Positions 63,540 through 64,000 of a stretch of 64,000 nt of DNA are shown here, in pieces. Numbering within the stretch: position 1 is the first letter of the stretch; each line of letters opens with the position of its first letter. Under the pieces are notes generated by a model. The model ran no database searches. It saw only the letters and a list, made by a program, of their open reading frames with translations, and had not been told where the DNA came from. This DNA is from Occultella glacieicola (GTDB lineage: Bacteria > Actinomycetota > Actinomycetes > Actinomycetales > Beutenbergiaceae): contig NZ_SMNA01000003.1 of the NCBI RefSeq assembly GCF_004353825.1, positions 434,001 through 498,000 on the forward strand, read 5' to 3'. The position numbers and the translations under genes were made by a program.

Positions 63540-64000
63540 CACGCACCCGCCTTCGCGACCGTGTTCACCGCGGTGACGATGCGGTCGAGGTCCTCCTGCG
63601 AGAGCGAGGGGTGGACCGGCAGCGAGATGACCTCGCGGGCCGCCTTCTCGGTCTCCGGGAGGTCCAGGCCCGGGGCGTATGCCTTGAGGGACTCGAGCCG
63701 GTGGTTGGGGATCGGGTAATAGACGCCGCAGCCGACCGCGTGCTCCTCACGCAAAGCGGTCGCGAAGGCGTCCCGGTCACCGGAGACGCGGATCGTGTAT
63801 TGGTGGTAGACGTGGGTAGCGCCCTCCGCCACAGCCGGGGTGAGCACGCCCTCGAGGTTCGCGTCCAAGAACGCGGCGTTGTCCTGGCGGCTCCGGGTCC
63901 AGGCGGCGACCTTGGTCAGCTGCACCCGTCCGATGGCGGCGTGGATGTCCGTCATCCGGGCGTTGAAGCCGATCAGTTCGTTCGCGTACTGCTTCTCCAT
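63539..64000 (-). CDS. DegT/DnrJ/EryC1/StrS sugar aminotransferase (WbpE-like), 3' part
   Basis: GFNARM.DIHAAIGRVQL, HVYHQYT, VYYP.P.H, ISLPVHPSL; truncated by the window edge. Confidence 0.9.
   Translation of the reverse strand: MEKQYANELIGFNARMTDIHAAIGRVQLTKVAAWTRSRQDNAAFLDANLEGVLTPAVAEGATHVYHQYTIRVSGDRDAFATALREEHAVGCGVYYPIPNHRLESLKAYAPGLDLPETEKAAREVISLPVHPSLSQEDLDRIVTAVNTVAKAGA

Overview
High-GC actinobacterial chromosome segment; gene order suggests Micrococcales (inference). It runs from a purine-catabolism pair (guanine deaminase-like gene and an NCS2 permease fused to an OHCU-decarboxylase-like domain) through the conserved secA-ycaQ-hpf-comF-lpqB-mtrB-mtrA block. Next is the uncharacterised membrane protein/DUF4129/DUF4350/MoxR/DUF58/SpoIIM-like/RDD cluster, interrupted by a REP-like doublet and a talarate/galactarate dehydratase-FadR islet, followed by nhaA and ahcY. 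A ~17 kb surface-glycan locus follows: rmlA, rmlC, rmlB, wzm/wzt, RgpF/WbsX-like proteins, two GT-C proteins, two methyltransferases, one frameshifted GT2 and wbbL. The rest holds tandem CDF transporters, the pmm-DUF3499-DUF5719-GT2-whiB-manA block, a Gnu-like epimerase and part of a Wbp-like diacetamido-uronic acid pathway. No rRNA, tRNA, CRISPR array, transposase or integrase was recognised. The best leads are a small protein that looks like two tandem Hfq/LSm-type folds, a leaderless uORF plus structured leader ahead of hpf, a switch-like leader ahead of nhaA, the permease-decarboxylase fusion with an altered catalytic His, and a WbdD-like methyl-capping/ruler module. All family calls come from reading motifs by eye; no searches were run, and some start codons are best estimates.
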